From Mariniblastus sp. (GTDB taxonomy: Bacteria; Planctomycetota; Planctomycetia; Pirellulales; Pirellulaceae), in the NCBI GenBank assembly GCA_022447605.1, contig JAKVBG010000016.1:28376-92375 (forward strand): 64,000 nucleotides of DNA. Direction: 5' to 3'. Made by a program: the position numbers and the translations under genes. Within the stretch, counting starts at the first letter, position 1; each line of letters starts with the position of its first letter. This document shows positions 18,486 to 27,313 of the stretch, in pieces. Under the pieces are notes generated by a model that did no database searches, was not told the DNA's origin, and worked only from the letters and a program-made list of their open reading frames with translations.

Positions 18486-19049
18486 ATGGGCCGAGCGACT
18501 GACCAATTGAACGACGAAAAGAGTGAATCCGATCGACTGGATGGGGCGGCGGCCGAACAGGCGTTTGTCGCCCATGCGGTAGAAATCGAGCGTTTTTTGG
18601 TTGGCATGCTGAAGGACCCGGCGCTGGCCGCGGACATTGTTCAAACAACGTTCGTCCGGTTGATCGAAAAGGGGGGCGGTGTTGTCGATCGCACCCGTCG
18701 TGCCTGGTTGTTCAAGGTTGCCTACAACGAGGCGATGTTGTCGATCCGGCGAGGCAAAGTCGCCAGGCGGGCAAATGAGAAGTTGGCCTGGCAGGTCCGG
18801 TCGGGCGAAAACGTTCGTTCGTTGGACAGCAGCCTGCAGGAAGTCCTGCATGCTGAAGATGTTGAAAAGGTTCGAGCGGCTTTGGACGACTTGAGCCCGG
18901 AGCTGCGGATGGTTGTTCATTTGCGGATTTACGAAGGTTTGAAATTTGCTGACATTGCCCAGCGGCTGGAAGTCCCACTGGGAACCGTGTTGACACGCAT
19001 GAGAAACAGCTTGGCAAAACTGAGATTGAAGTTGAATGAAATCGAATGA
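18486..19049 (+). CDS. ECF-family RNA polymerase sigma factor
   Basis: Region 2 DIVQTTF...AWLFKVAYN; region 4 EGLKFADIAQRLEVPLGTVLTRM. Confidence 0.95.
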   Translation: MGRATDQLNDEKSESDRLDGAAAEQAFVAHAVEIERFLVGMLKDPALAADIVQTTFVRLIEKGGGVVDRTRRAWLFKVAYNEAMLSIRRGKVARRANEKLAWQVRSGENVRSLDSSLQEVLHAEDVEKVRAALDDLSPELRMVVHLRIYEGLKFADIAQRLEVPLGTVLTRMRNSLAKLRLKLNEIE

Positions 19050-19096
19050 GTATCCCAAGTGAGACTCAGGACGATTGAAACTGAGGATAGAGTCGA

Positions 19097-19780
19097 ATGA
19101 ATTGGAATTCGGAAATGGAGCGAAGTCGGGACGAGCTGGATTGGCAGGCGTTCCGATACGTTGCCGATGAAATGAACCCGAGCCAGCGGCGCGAATTCGA
19201 AGACCGCATGGCCGACGACCAGGAACTGCGCGATGCCGTTGTGCGCGTGATGGAACTTGGCGAATTGACCTACCATTGCCTGCAGTCATCCTCTTCGAGC
19301 AACCCGGTTGCCCGGCCAGCCAACCGGAGCCCCGAGCGGGCGATGGTAGATCGGTCGGTCGACAGGTTGACCCCGGATGTGGGCGCAAGGCCAAAGAAAT
19401 TCCGTGCACCCGGGATTCTGTTTGCCGCGGCGGTTGGGCTGTTCTTTCTGGCATCCACCTGGGTGGTGATATGGCAGGGGGCGAGTGAGCACGACTCGGT
19501 CACTGTCATGAACCTGGACGTGGTCGATGCATGGAGCAACCTGGGCGCCTGGGAGCCAGGGGAGACCTGGACATTGCCAACGGCTGACCCCGGTTTTTCC
19601 GAGCGGGATCCATGGTTGAGCCCAATCGTGGATCGGGATTCCGATGTGGAAACTGAGGTCGAAGCGATGGGGCATCCCTCTGAAAGTGATACCCTGAACA
19701 GCGCCGGCGGTGAATCGGGCAACTGGATGCTGGTGGCCTTGATCGATTTGGAACGTGAAGAAGCAGGTGGCTCAAAATGA
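19097..19780 (+). CDS. Putative single-pass anti-sigma factor
   Basis: Follows the ECF gene; N-terminal AFRYVADEM...FEDRM..D; one TM helix (GILFAAAVGLFFLASTWVVIW); acidic exported tail. Confidence 0.7.
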   Translation: MNWNSEMERSRDELDWQAFRYVADEMNPSQRREFEDRMADDQELRDAVVRVMELGELTYHCLQSSSSSNPVARPANRSPERAMVDRSVDRLTPDVGARPKKFRAPGILFAAAVGLFFLASTWVVIWQGASEHDSVTVMNLDVVDAWSNLGAWEPGETWTLPTADPGFSERDPWLSPIVDRDSDVETEVEAMGHPSESDTLNSAGGESGNWMLVALIDLEREEAGGSK

Positions 19781-20577
19781 ATTTTCGATTGAATTGGCTG
19801 GTCTATGGCGTTGGTTTGCTTTCCCTTGGTGTGATGGTTGCCGATGCGCCAGCCCAATCATCGATGGTGGTTTCCACCAATGATCCGTTGGCATTCCAGG
19901 GCGTAACCACCCAGGGCGGCGAGAAGCTGTCGGGGGATCGCCGTGGTTCAAATGAAAAGCGGCCGGTGGCCATGGATCAAGAGAGACGCGCCGCTCTCTT
20001 TGTATTTGTAAAGGATCACCACCCGGAGCTGACAAGATTACTCAAGTCGCTGGAAAAAAGCCGACCCCGCCAGTTTGAGGTGGCGATGCGATCGCTTTCC
20101 AATTCGTACCAACGATTGGAAACGCTACAGTCTCAAGGGAAAACCAAGCAGTACGAAGCGGCATTGGAGCAATGGAAATTGAGTTCCCGGATCAAGCTCG
20201 CGGCGGCTCAGGTGGCGGTCAAGGATACGCCCCCCAACCGTCGAAAACTGGAAACGTTGATTGCCAGGCAGTACGACAGTCGAATGGAGGCGTTGGTGGC
20301 CGAGCAAGGCCGGTTGCGTGAACGATTGGAACGAGTGTCAGACCTGCTGAAAAAACAGACCGATCGTCAGCTTGAAATCGAGCGGACGCTGGACACGGCC
20401 ATGCGGACGGCTTCGCGCAACATGCAGCGAGCAAAAAACGATCGAGGTGACAAGAGCGATGGCACGGCCAGCAAGAAATCGGCCAAACCAGCCGAGGAAC
20501 AGAAAGGTAAAAAAACGAATCGCGACAGAAACCGGAAATCGGGTAAAGAAAATGAAGATGGTTCCGACAGGAAGTGA
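19777..20577 (+). CDS. Exported helical/coiled-coil protein, third gene of the ECF cluster
   Basis: Signal peptide, helical core, basic low-complexity tail; ATGA overlap with the anti-sigma gene. Confidence 0.7.
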   Translation: MNFRLNWLVYGVGLLSLGVMVADAPAQSSMVVSTNDPLAFQGVTTQGGEKLSGDRRGSNEKRPVAMDQERRAALFVFVKDHHPELTRLLKSLEKSRPRQFEVAMRSLSNSYQRLETLQSQGKTKQYEAALEQWKLSSRIKLAAAQVAVKDTPPNRRKLETLIARQYDSRMEALVAEQGRLRERLERVSDLLKKQTDRQLEIERTLDTAMRTASRNMQRAKNDRGDKSDGTASKKSAKPAEEQKGKKTNRDRNRKSGKENEDGSDRK

Positions 20578-21018
20578 CCTGGTTTTCCCGACGCACAGGG
20601 GAAGCCATGATGTGTCGGTTCCCGCCGCCGGGCCGCGCGGTCCCGTTCGAGAAATCGCTGGCCCACGATGGCCGACGGCCGAGTTTTGAAAACGGGTGGC
20701 CACGTCGACGGATAGGGAAGTTGTGGTGAGAGGTCGGTTCTCTTGAAACCCGCAGCCGCGTGAAAACGGGCATCCCTGGTGATGTTCAATCGTTTTTTTT
20801 CGTACAGCCGACCCTGCCGGTAAAATTCCGATCCACGTGAGGGCCGGAATGCGGCTTTTGTGTACGGCGGCCAAAAAAACTGGGCTATTATGATTCAGAA
20901 CGTGGAATTCTAATGATTTGTTCCCAGCTGGCGCCCTGAGCAGCGAATGGCCTGGTTGGGAGCGGGAGTGGACCGGCCAAGAACCCTCCCTCGACGTAGT
21001 ATCTGGATCGAGTCGCCC

Positions 21019-22572
21019 ATGCAACTCCGCAAAACCATGTCCGGGTTTATGATGATTGTCTTGCTTGCTTTTGCAGGCTTGGCGTTGGTCTATTTGCCGA
21101 ATTGGTTGCTCTCCAACTATCGGGCGGCTGCCGGGCTGGGGCAAATCTGGGGGACGCTCTACCTGGTGGTGGTCGGTACGGGTCTGTTCCTGATTACGGG
21201 GAGCGCCGTTTGGATTGTCTGGAAATTGTGGGGCGCATCGATCTACAAGGCGCGGCGCCGCCTGCGGCGCAACAAGAACCCCAGTGAGTTGTCGCATTCC
21301 CAGCAGCAACGTGAAATTGATGAAAATCTGGAGCATGTAGAGACACTCAAGTCGAAAACCGGGGGACAGGATGAAGTCAACCGCCAACTCGATCCGCTGG
21401 TCCGCCAGGTGGTGGAAAAGCGCGAGCAGCAAGTCCTGGAAATCGTTGCCTTCGGGACCATATCGAGTGGAAAGTCATCCGTTTTAAACCTGTTGGCCGG
21501 GCGAGACGTTTTTGCTACCGATACTCGCGGGGGAACGACCGTTACTCGCAATGAGATCCCCTGGCCAGGCATGGACCGGGTCACTCTGGTCGACACCCCT
21601 GGCCTGGGCGAGGTCGACGGGGAATCCCACGTACAGATTGCCGCCGAGAGTGCCAGGGATGCGGATCTCGTCCTGCTGGTTGTCGACGGTCCCTTGCGGG
21701 CCAGTGAACACGAGTTGGTGGATCGATTGGGAGAGATGGAAAAACGGATCATCGTCTGCCTCAATAAAGGCGATTGGTACTCGGATCCCGACCGTGAAAA
21801 ACTGGTAGCTCAGATCTGCCGTCAAACCCAACCCCATGTTCGGGCAGAAGACGTGGTTTCGATTCAGGCCGAAACCGGACGACGACTGCGCAGGCGGATC
21901 CAGGTTGATGGCACGCAGAGCGAGGAGCAGGTCGAAGTCCCGGCCTCCATTGAACCACTGGCCGATCGAATGCTGGTCGTGCTGCAACAGGATGGCAAGG
22001 AACTGTTGGCAGCGAATCTCCTGTTGCAATCCCGGGGATTGGTGGAAAAAGCAAGGAGCCGAGTGCAGGAAGCGCTGGACCGGAAAGCCTGGTCCATCGT
22101 TGACAAGTACATGTGGGGTGCGGGTGGTGTGGCCGCGATCAACCCGTTCCCGCTTGTCGACCTGGCGGCAGGTACGGGTATTTCAACCAAGATGGTCTTT
22201 GACCTGGCAGAAGTGTACCAGCAGAAAGTTGATCTGGAGACGGCCAAACAGTGGCTCAGTGAAATGGGAAAGAACCTGGTCGGATTCCTCGGTGCCCAGG
22301 GTGCGACGGTCGCCGTAACCTCCATCACGGCGTCCCTGATCAAAACGGTTCCCGTGGCCGGGACGATTGCCGGGGGCGTTTTACAGGGAACCGTTCAGGC
22401 CCTGATCACCAAGTGGATTGGCGCGGTTTTTATTGAGTATTTTCGCAATGAAATGAACACTCCCGAGGGGGGAATGGCTGGTTTGGCTCGTCGCCAATGG
22501 GATATTGTGACTCGTGCCGACGAATTGCGCAAACTGGTTCAGTCGGCCCGCTCCAAACTCGGTTCTTCCTAG
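21019..22572 (+). CDS. Membrane-anchored TRAFAC GTPase with DUF697 (YcjF-like) C-terminus, copy 1
   Basis: Two N-terminal TM helices; G1 FGTISSGKSS, G3 DTPG, G4 NKGD; hydrophobic C-terminal helices. Confidence 0.85.
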   Translation: MQLRKTMSGFMMIVLLAFAGLALVYLPNWLLSNYRAAAGLGQIWGTLYLVVVGTGLFLITGSAVWIVWKLWGASIYKARRRLRRNKNPSELSHSQQQREIDENLEHVETLKSKTGGQDEVNRQLDPLVRQVVEKREQQVLEIVAFGTISSGKSSVLNLLAGRDVFATDTRGGTTVTRNEIPWPGMDRVTLVDTPGLGEVDGESHVQIAAESARDADLVLLVVDGPLRASEHELVDRLGEMEKRIIVCLNKGDWYSDPDREKLVAQICRQTQPHVRAEDVVSIQAETGRRLRRRIQVDGTQSEEQVEVPASIEPLADRMLVVLQQDGKELLAANLLLQSRGLVEKARSRVQEALDRKAWSIVDKYMWGAGGVAAINPFPLVDLAAGTGISTKMVFDLAEVYQQKVDLETAKQWLSEMGKNLVGFLGAQGATVAVTSITASLIKTVPVAGTIAGGVLQGTVQALITKWIGAVFIEYFRNEMNTPEGGMAGLARRQWDIVTRADELRKLVQSARSKLGSS

Positions 22573-22580
22573 GTGCTGTC

Positions 22581-23927
22581 GTGAATCAACCGGAAAAAAA
22601 ACCTGACCAGGTCGATCGCCAGTACCAGGACGCGGTCGAATCCATTCAATCCACGCTGGCGCGTCTGCGCGGTTGTTCTGATCAGGAACGAGCCGAACTG
22701 AAATCCGATTTGACTCAGTTGAACGAGATGTACGAAAAGATCCGCAACGGCCGGGTTGAGATCGTGATTTTTGGAGAGATCAGCACTGGGAAATCTGCAT
22801 TGATCAATGCTTTGATTGGGAAGCAGGTGGTGGATGTCGATGTCCAGGGTGGCTGGACCCAGCAGGTTTGGGGGACGCACTGGGAAGGGGCTGGCCATCG
22901 CATCCCCGGTTTTGAGAATTCCGAGTTGGTGTTGGTAGACACTCCCGGAATCAATGAAGTGGGAGGATCGGATCGCGCCGAGTTGGCTGAAAAAACAGCG
23001 CGACAGGCCGACCTGATTCTGTTTGTTACTGACTCCGACTTGAATGAAACCGAGTTTTCAGCCCTGGTTGAATTGGCGGCAATCCAGAAACCGATCATCC
23101 TGGTTTTTAACAAACAGGACCTCTATCCCGAGCAGGACCTGCAAACCTTGCTGAGGGCACTCCGGCAACGTCTTGTGGACGTGATCTCTCCGGATCTGAT
23201 CGTGACCACGGCGGCCGATCCGAGACCTGTCGAGTACGTGATCGAGCAAGCACGGGGTTCCAGTCGAACCGAGTGGAGAAAACCGGCACCCGAAGTGGAA
23301 TCACTGAAATCGCTGATCCTGCAGACTCTGGACAGGGAAGGACTCGGATTAATCGCCTTGAATGCGGCCATGTTTGCCGCCGACAAGAGTGACCGAATGG
23401 CGGCCTTGAGGGTGGAGATGCGGAATCGGAAGGCGAATCAGGTCATCTGGACGATGGCGGGAACCAAGTCGCTGGTCGTCGCTTTTTCCCCGGGCATCGT
23501 CGACATCGTCAGTGGTGTTGCGATCGACGCCGTCATGATCCTTTCTCTTTCCAAAGTCTATGGATTGAATTTTTCCATGGCTCAGGCTCGCAATCTCTCC
23601 CGCGCGATTGGCAAAGCGGCCGGTATTTTTGCCCTGGGTGAATTGACATCATGGGGTGCCAGTGCCCTGAAGGTGGCAACAGTCCAACTGGGAGTTATCC
23701 TGACCGCTATTCCGCAGGGGGCGGCAGCCGGATTCAGTTCCTACATCATTGGCCAGGCGGCCAAGCACTATTTCGAACATGGGGGATCATGGGGAACGGG
23801 TTCTGCCAAGTCGGTTGTTTCCGACATTCTCAAGAATACCGACAAGGATTCAGTGCTGAATCACCTGAAAGATGAAATCCGCCTGAAGCTCAAACGGAAC
23901 CGCCATGCCCAGGATGTGTCCCCCTAG
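22581..23927 (+). CDS. TRAFAC GTPase with DUF697 (YcjF-like) C-terminus, copy 2
   Basis: G1 FGEISTGKSA, G3 DTPG, G4 NKQD; no N-terminal TM; likely GTG start 8 nt after the stop of copy 1. Confidence 0.85.
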   Translation: MNQPEKKPDQVDRQYQDAVESIQSTLARLRGCSDQERAELKSDLTQLNEMYEKIRNGRVEIVIFGEISTGKSALINALIGKQVVDVDVQGGWTQQVWGTHWEGAGHRIPGFENSELVLVDTPGINEVGGSDRAELAEKTARQADLILFVTDSDLNETEFSALVELAAIQKPIILVFNKQDLYPEQDLQTLLRALRQRLVDVISPDLIVTTAADPRPVEYVIEQARGSSRTEWRKPAPEVESLKSLILQTLDREGLGLIALNAAMFAADKSDRMAALRVEMRNRKANQVIWTMAGTKSLVVAFSPGIVDIVSGVAIDAVMILSLSKVYGLNFSMAQARNLSRAIGKAAGIFALGELTSWGASALKVATVQLGVILTAIPQGAAAGFSSYIIGQAAKHYFEHGGSWGTGSAKSVVSDILKNTDKDSVLNHLKDEIRLKLKRNRHAQDVSP

Positions 23928-23944
23928 TCGTCAGAACCGCTACA

Positions 23945-23968
23945 GATCCTTCCCCTTGGGGAAGGATC
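23945..23968. promoter_or_regulatory. Perfect inverted repeat (terminator-like hairpin or activator site)
   Basis: GATCCTTCCCC-TT-GGGGAAGGATC; no U-tract; about 65 nt upstream of the flp sigma54 box. Confidence 0.5.
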
Positions 23969-24033
23969 GATCAAACGAATCCTATCCGGCCAACTTGGAG
24001 AGCCAAGGGTCCATTTGTGACATAGGCTATTGA

Positions 24034-24049
24034 TGGCATCGCGATTGCT
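24034..24049 (+). promoter_or_regulatory. Sigma54 (-24/-12) promoter of flp
   Basis: TGGCATC-GCGA-TTGCT; GG at 24035-36 and GC at 24047-48; 90 nt upstream of the pilin start. Confidence 0.7.
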
Positions 24050-24138
24050 CCCGTAACGGGAGGCGGAAGGAGCCGAGTTTTTCGATTGAGCGAGCCGTCT
24101 TCTTCGTTTTTCCCGCCCCCGTTTTAAAAGGTAACCCA

Positions 24139-24333
24139 ATGAGCCACGGAGTACTTGAATCGATCAGGCGTTTTCTCAAGAACGATGATGGCCCCACCGC
24201 GATCGAATATGCGGTCATGCTCGGTGTGATCGTGATTTTCTGCCTGGCTGTCTTGTTCAACCTGGGCGAAGTTCAAAACGGAATTTGGCAGGAGAGCGGC
24301 GAGGCGTTGTCGGGTATGGGTGGAGGTGATTAG
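24139..24333 (+). CDS. flp: Flp/Fap family type IVb pilin
   Basis: FLKNDDG|PTAIEYAVML: class III signal with G|xxxxEY Flp motif, then a hydrophobic helix; 64 aa. Confidence 0.95.
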   Translation: MSHGVLESIRRFLKNDDGPTAIEYAVMLGVIVIFCLAVLFNLGEVQNGIWQESGEALSGMGGGD

Positions 24334-24604
24334 CCTGACCAGGCTGAGAGGTTGCCCAGGCCGGGCGGCGTTAGCCAGTCGAGCTTGCCTGAACCCGCCC
24401 GTTGTGAATCCAAACGTCCTCAGCCAGTCCCCATCTCGGGAAGCGGGCCTCCCATAACCCATCTCGAGGGTAGCGCTGTGCCCCAGCCAGCTTCGAACCT
24501 TTACAATGGGGAGGTTCCAGGGGGAAGGTTTTTCCATGCCTTCACCGTTCCATTGGTCACCAGCCCGGTGGCAGGGTTGCTTCAGAAGGGGTGGCGAGGG
24601 CGAA

Positions 24605-25075
24605 ATGATGTCGGAAACGAAGTCGGTCCTGTTTGTTTGTCTCGGTAATATTTGCCGTTCTCCCACGGGTGAAGGGATTCTGCTTCACCTGGCTCAACAG
24701 CAGGATCTGGAGTCTCGCCTGCTGATTGATTCGGCGGGTACCAGTGGTTACCACGTCGGCCAACCGGCCGACCTTCGAATGACGGAGTGTGCGTCCAGGC
24801 GTGGCTACCGGTTGCTCAGTCGCTCTCGCCAGTTAACGCATGGTGACCTGCATGAGTTTGACTTGGTCATCGCGATGGATCGATCCAACCAGGAGGCGAT
24901 TGCGGCAATCAATTCCGAGCCGACGGCCACGGTTTGCCTGTTGAGTGATTTCCTGGAGGGCGATTGGCCGGTGGATGTACCCGATCCGTATTACGGTGGG
25001 GCGGACGGATTTGAGGAGGTCGTCGACATGATCGAGGCCGCCTGTCCGAAGATTCTTGCCCAGTTACTGGAGTGA
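24605..25075 (+). CDS. Low-molecular-weight phosphotyrosine phosphatase
   Basis: P-loop VCLGNICRS, DSAGT, DLVIAMD, VPDPYYG. Confidence 0.95.
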   Translation: MMSETKSVLFVCLGNICRSPTGEGILLHLAQQQDLESRLLIDSAGTSGYHVGQPADLRMTECASRRGYRLLSRSRQLTHGDLHEFDLVIAMDRSNQEAIAAINSEPTATVCLLSDFLEGDWPVDVPDPYYGGADGFEEVVDMIEAACPKILAQLLE

Positions 25076-25968
25076 GCATGATCGACGCAAGCTTGTTGGC
25101 GTCGGTCCAGCAGACGGTCGAACAGCACTCGGGTCGGCCCGTTCGGTTGGCGAATCCGCGCCCTGTCGGCGGAGGCTGTATCAACCAGGCAATCATCCTG
25201 GAAACCGATGCCGGCGAGTCGCTGTTCCTGAAATGGAATGACCAGGCACCTGACCAACTGTTCGAGACAGAGATGGCCGGGCTGGAAGCGATTCGTGGGA
25301 CAGGGGCGTTGCGGGTTCCACGCGTGATGGGGCAGGGGGTGTCGACCGCAGGGACGGCGTTCCTGGTTTTGGAAGCGATCCAGACGGCGGCGCCCGCCGG
25401 CGATTTTGAACAGCGGTTAGGTCGACAACTGGCTCAAATGCACCGGTCCGGGAGAGGGGAGGCATTCGGGTTCTCCCAATCCAATTTTCTGGGCCGCACT
25501 GGTCAGCCGAACGCCTGGAATGAGAACTGGGTCGAGTTTTGGCAAGTGCATCGCCTGGGGTATCAATTTGAATTGGCTTGCCAAAACGGTTACGGCGATG
25601 CGCGATTTTCCAAGTCGGCGGAACGGATGTTGGGCCGCCTGGCGGAGCTGCTCGGTCACGATGTCCAGCCCTCCCTGATCCATGGCGACTTGTGGAGTGG
25701 GAACTACCTGTCTGACTTGCAGGGGAACCCCGTGCTGGTTGACCCGGCGGTCTATTACGGTGATCGGGAAGCCGAGTTTGGTATGACCACACTGTTTGGT
25801 GGGTTAGGTCACAGTTTCTACCAGGCGTACCAGGAGGCTTGGCCACTGCCGGCCGGATCCGAAACGCGGATCGAGATTTATCGTCTGTACCACCTGTTGA
25901 ATCACTTGAACCTGTTTGGCACTTCCTATCTGGCGGAGTGCTGTCAGATTATGCAAAAATACGGCTAG
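25072..25968 (+). CDS. Fructosamine/ketosamine 3-kinase family protein
   Basis: GGGCIN, FLKWN, LIHGDLWSGN, DPAVYYGDREAE; GTGA overlap with the LMW-PTP stop. Confidence 0.95.
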   Translation: MSMIDASLLASVQQTVEQHSGRPVRLANPRPVGGGCINQAIILETDAGESLFLKWNDQAPDQLFETEMAGLEAIRGTGALRVPRVMGQGVSTAGTAFLVLEAIQTAAPAGDFEQRLGRQLAQMHRSGRGEAFGFSQSNFLGRTGQPNAWNENWVEFWQVHRLGYQFELACQNGYGDARFSKSAERMLGRLAELLGHDVQPSLIHGDLWSGNYLSDLQGNPVLVDPAVYYGDREAEFGMTTLFGGLGHSFYQAYQEAWPLPAGSETRIEIYRLYHLLNHLNLFGTSYLAECCQIMQKYG

Positions 25969-26021
25969 GCGATCAGGCGGGTCGATTGTCGCTTTACTGG
26001 TTTGGTGTGATGGTGTGTTGG

Positions 26022-27269
26022 ATGAGAGATGAATTTCCCGGTCGGAAACCGTTCCGGTTTTTTCCCCAGGTGAGATGGATCGCCTGGTTGTTGATGTGCG
26101 GATTCGTATGGGACGGCCTGTTGGGCGTTGACTGTTGGTCACAGGAAACCGAGCCGGTTGATGGCCGACCAGATTCGGTTCGCTTTGCCACGTTCAATAT
26201 TTCCTTTCACGATTCCCAGGCGGGTGGCGTGGTGAAAAAATTGACCGGCGGCCAATGGTCGAAAGCGAAGCAGGTTGCCGAGGTGATCCAGATGGTTCGC
26301 CCCGACATCCTGTTGCTCAATGAGTTTGATTACCAGGCAGACCAGGCTGGTGTCGATCTGTTTCTCAAGGAGTATCTGGCGGTTGCACAAAATGGCAATC
26401 GCCCGATCGATTACCCGTACCGGTATTCGGCCGAGGTCAACACGGGTATCGACAGTGGTTTTGACCTGAACGAAGACCGCCGAACCGGCACTGCCGACGA
26501 TGCTCTGGGCTTTGGTCGTCATCTGGGCGAATTCGGTATGGTCGTCCTTTCCAACCGTGAATTTGACCGGGACCAGGTTCGCACCTTCCAGAAATTTCTC
26601 TGGAAGGATATGCCGGGCGCCCGTTTACCGATCGATCAGGCGTCCGAGCAGTCATATTATCGCCCCAAGGTGTTGGATGTTTTTCGCCTCTCGTCCAAGA
26701 GCCACTGGGACTTGCCCATTCCGCTGGGGGACCGCGTAGTTCACTTCCTGGTCAGTCACCCGACGCCCCCTGTATTTGACGGGCCAGAAGACCGGAACGG
26801 GTTGCGCAATCATGATGAAATCCGTCTCTGGTCCGATTATATCCAGGACCAGGCTGACTACCTGTATGATGACCGCGGTACCCAGGGAGGTTTGCCGGCC
26901 GGTTCGGCCTTTATCGTGGCGGGTGATCTGAATGCAGACCCTTTGGATGGGGACAGTCACGACCAGGCGATTGGTCAACTCCTGGAGAACCCGTTGGTGC
27001 AGTCGGAATTCGTGCCCACATCGACCGGTGGTCAGTATTGGGCTCAACAGCAGGGGGGAATCAACGCGCAGCATAAGGGGGATCCGTCACACGATACGGG
27101 GGATTTCCCGGATGAGACCGTGGGCAATATTCGGGTCGACTATCTGCTTCCCTCACGCAACCTGAAGGTGGTCGACGGCGGAGTGGTATGGCCCGCGCCG
27201 GGTGAACCGGGGGCGGATGCCGTGACGGCATCGGATCACCGGATGGTCTGGATCGATATTGAAAAGTAA
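26022..27269 (+). CDS. Exported endonuclease/exonuclease/phosphatase (EEP) family protein
   Basis: FATFN, PDILLLNEFD, SHPTPP, AGDLNAD, RVDYLLPS, ASDHRMVW; start position uncertain. Confidence 0.9.
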   Translation: MRDEFPGRKPFRFFPQVRWIAWLLMCGFVWDGLLGVDCWSQETEPVDGRPDSVRFATFNISFHDSQAGGVVKKLTGGQWSKAKQVAEVIQMVRPDILLLNEFDYQADQAGVDLFLKEYLAVAQNGNRPIDYPYRYSAEVNTGIDSGFDLNEDRRTGTADDALGFGRHLGEFGMVVLSNREFDRDQVRTFQKFLWKDMPGARLPIDQASEQSYYRPKVLDVFRLSSKSHWDLPIPLGDRVVHFLVSHPTPPVFDGPEDRNGLRNHDEIRLWSDYIQDQADYLYDDRGTQGGLPAGSAFIVAGDLNADPLDGDSHDQAIGQLLENPLVQSEFVPTSTGGQYWAQQQGGINAQHKGDPSHDTGDFPDETVGNIRVDYLLPSRNLKVVDGGVVWPAPGEPGADAVTASDHRMVWIDIEK

Positions 27270-27313
27270 CCGGTTCGAGGGCGGTTGGTCTGAAGCTGAC
27301 CGGGTTGATCGAA

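Noticed and set aside
18234-19454. Long antisense ORFs (for example 406 aa here; 29324-30487, 41652-42950, 7856-8998, 57320-58357)
   Set aside because: They are shadow frames opposite well-supported genes, common in GC-rich DNA, and carry no motifs.
22497-22572. Possible -1 frameshift fusing the two GTPases (second ORF is open across the first one's 3' end)
   Set aside because: No slippery heptamer or stimulatory structure in the overlap; a GTG start at 22581 explains the second gene.
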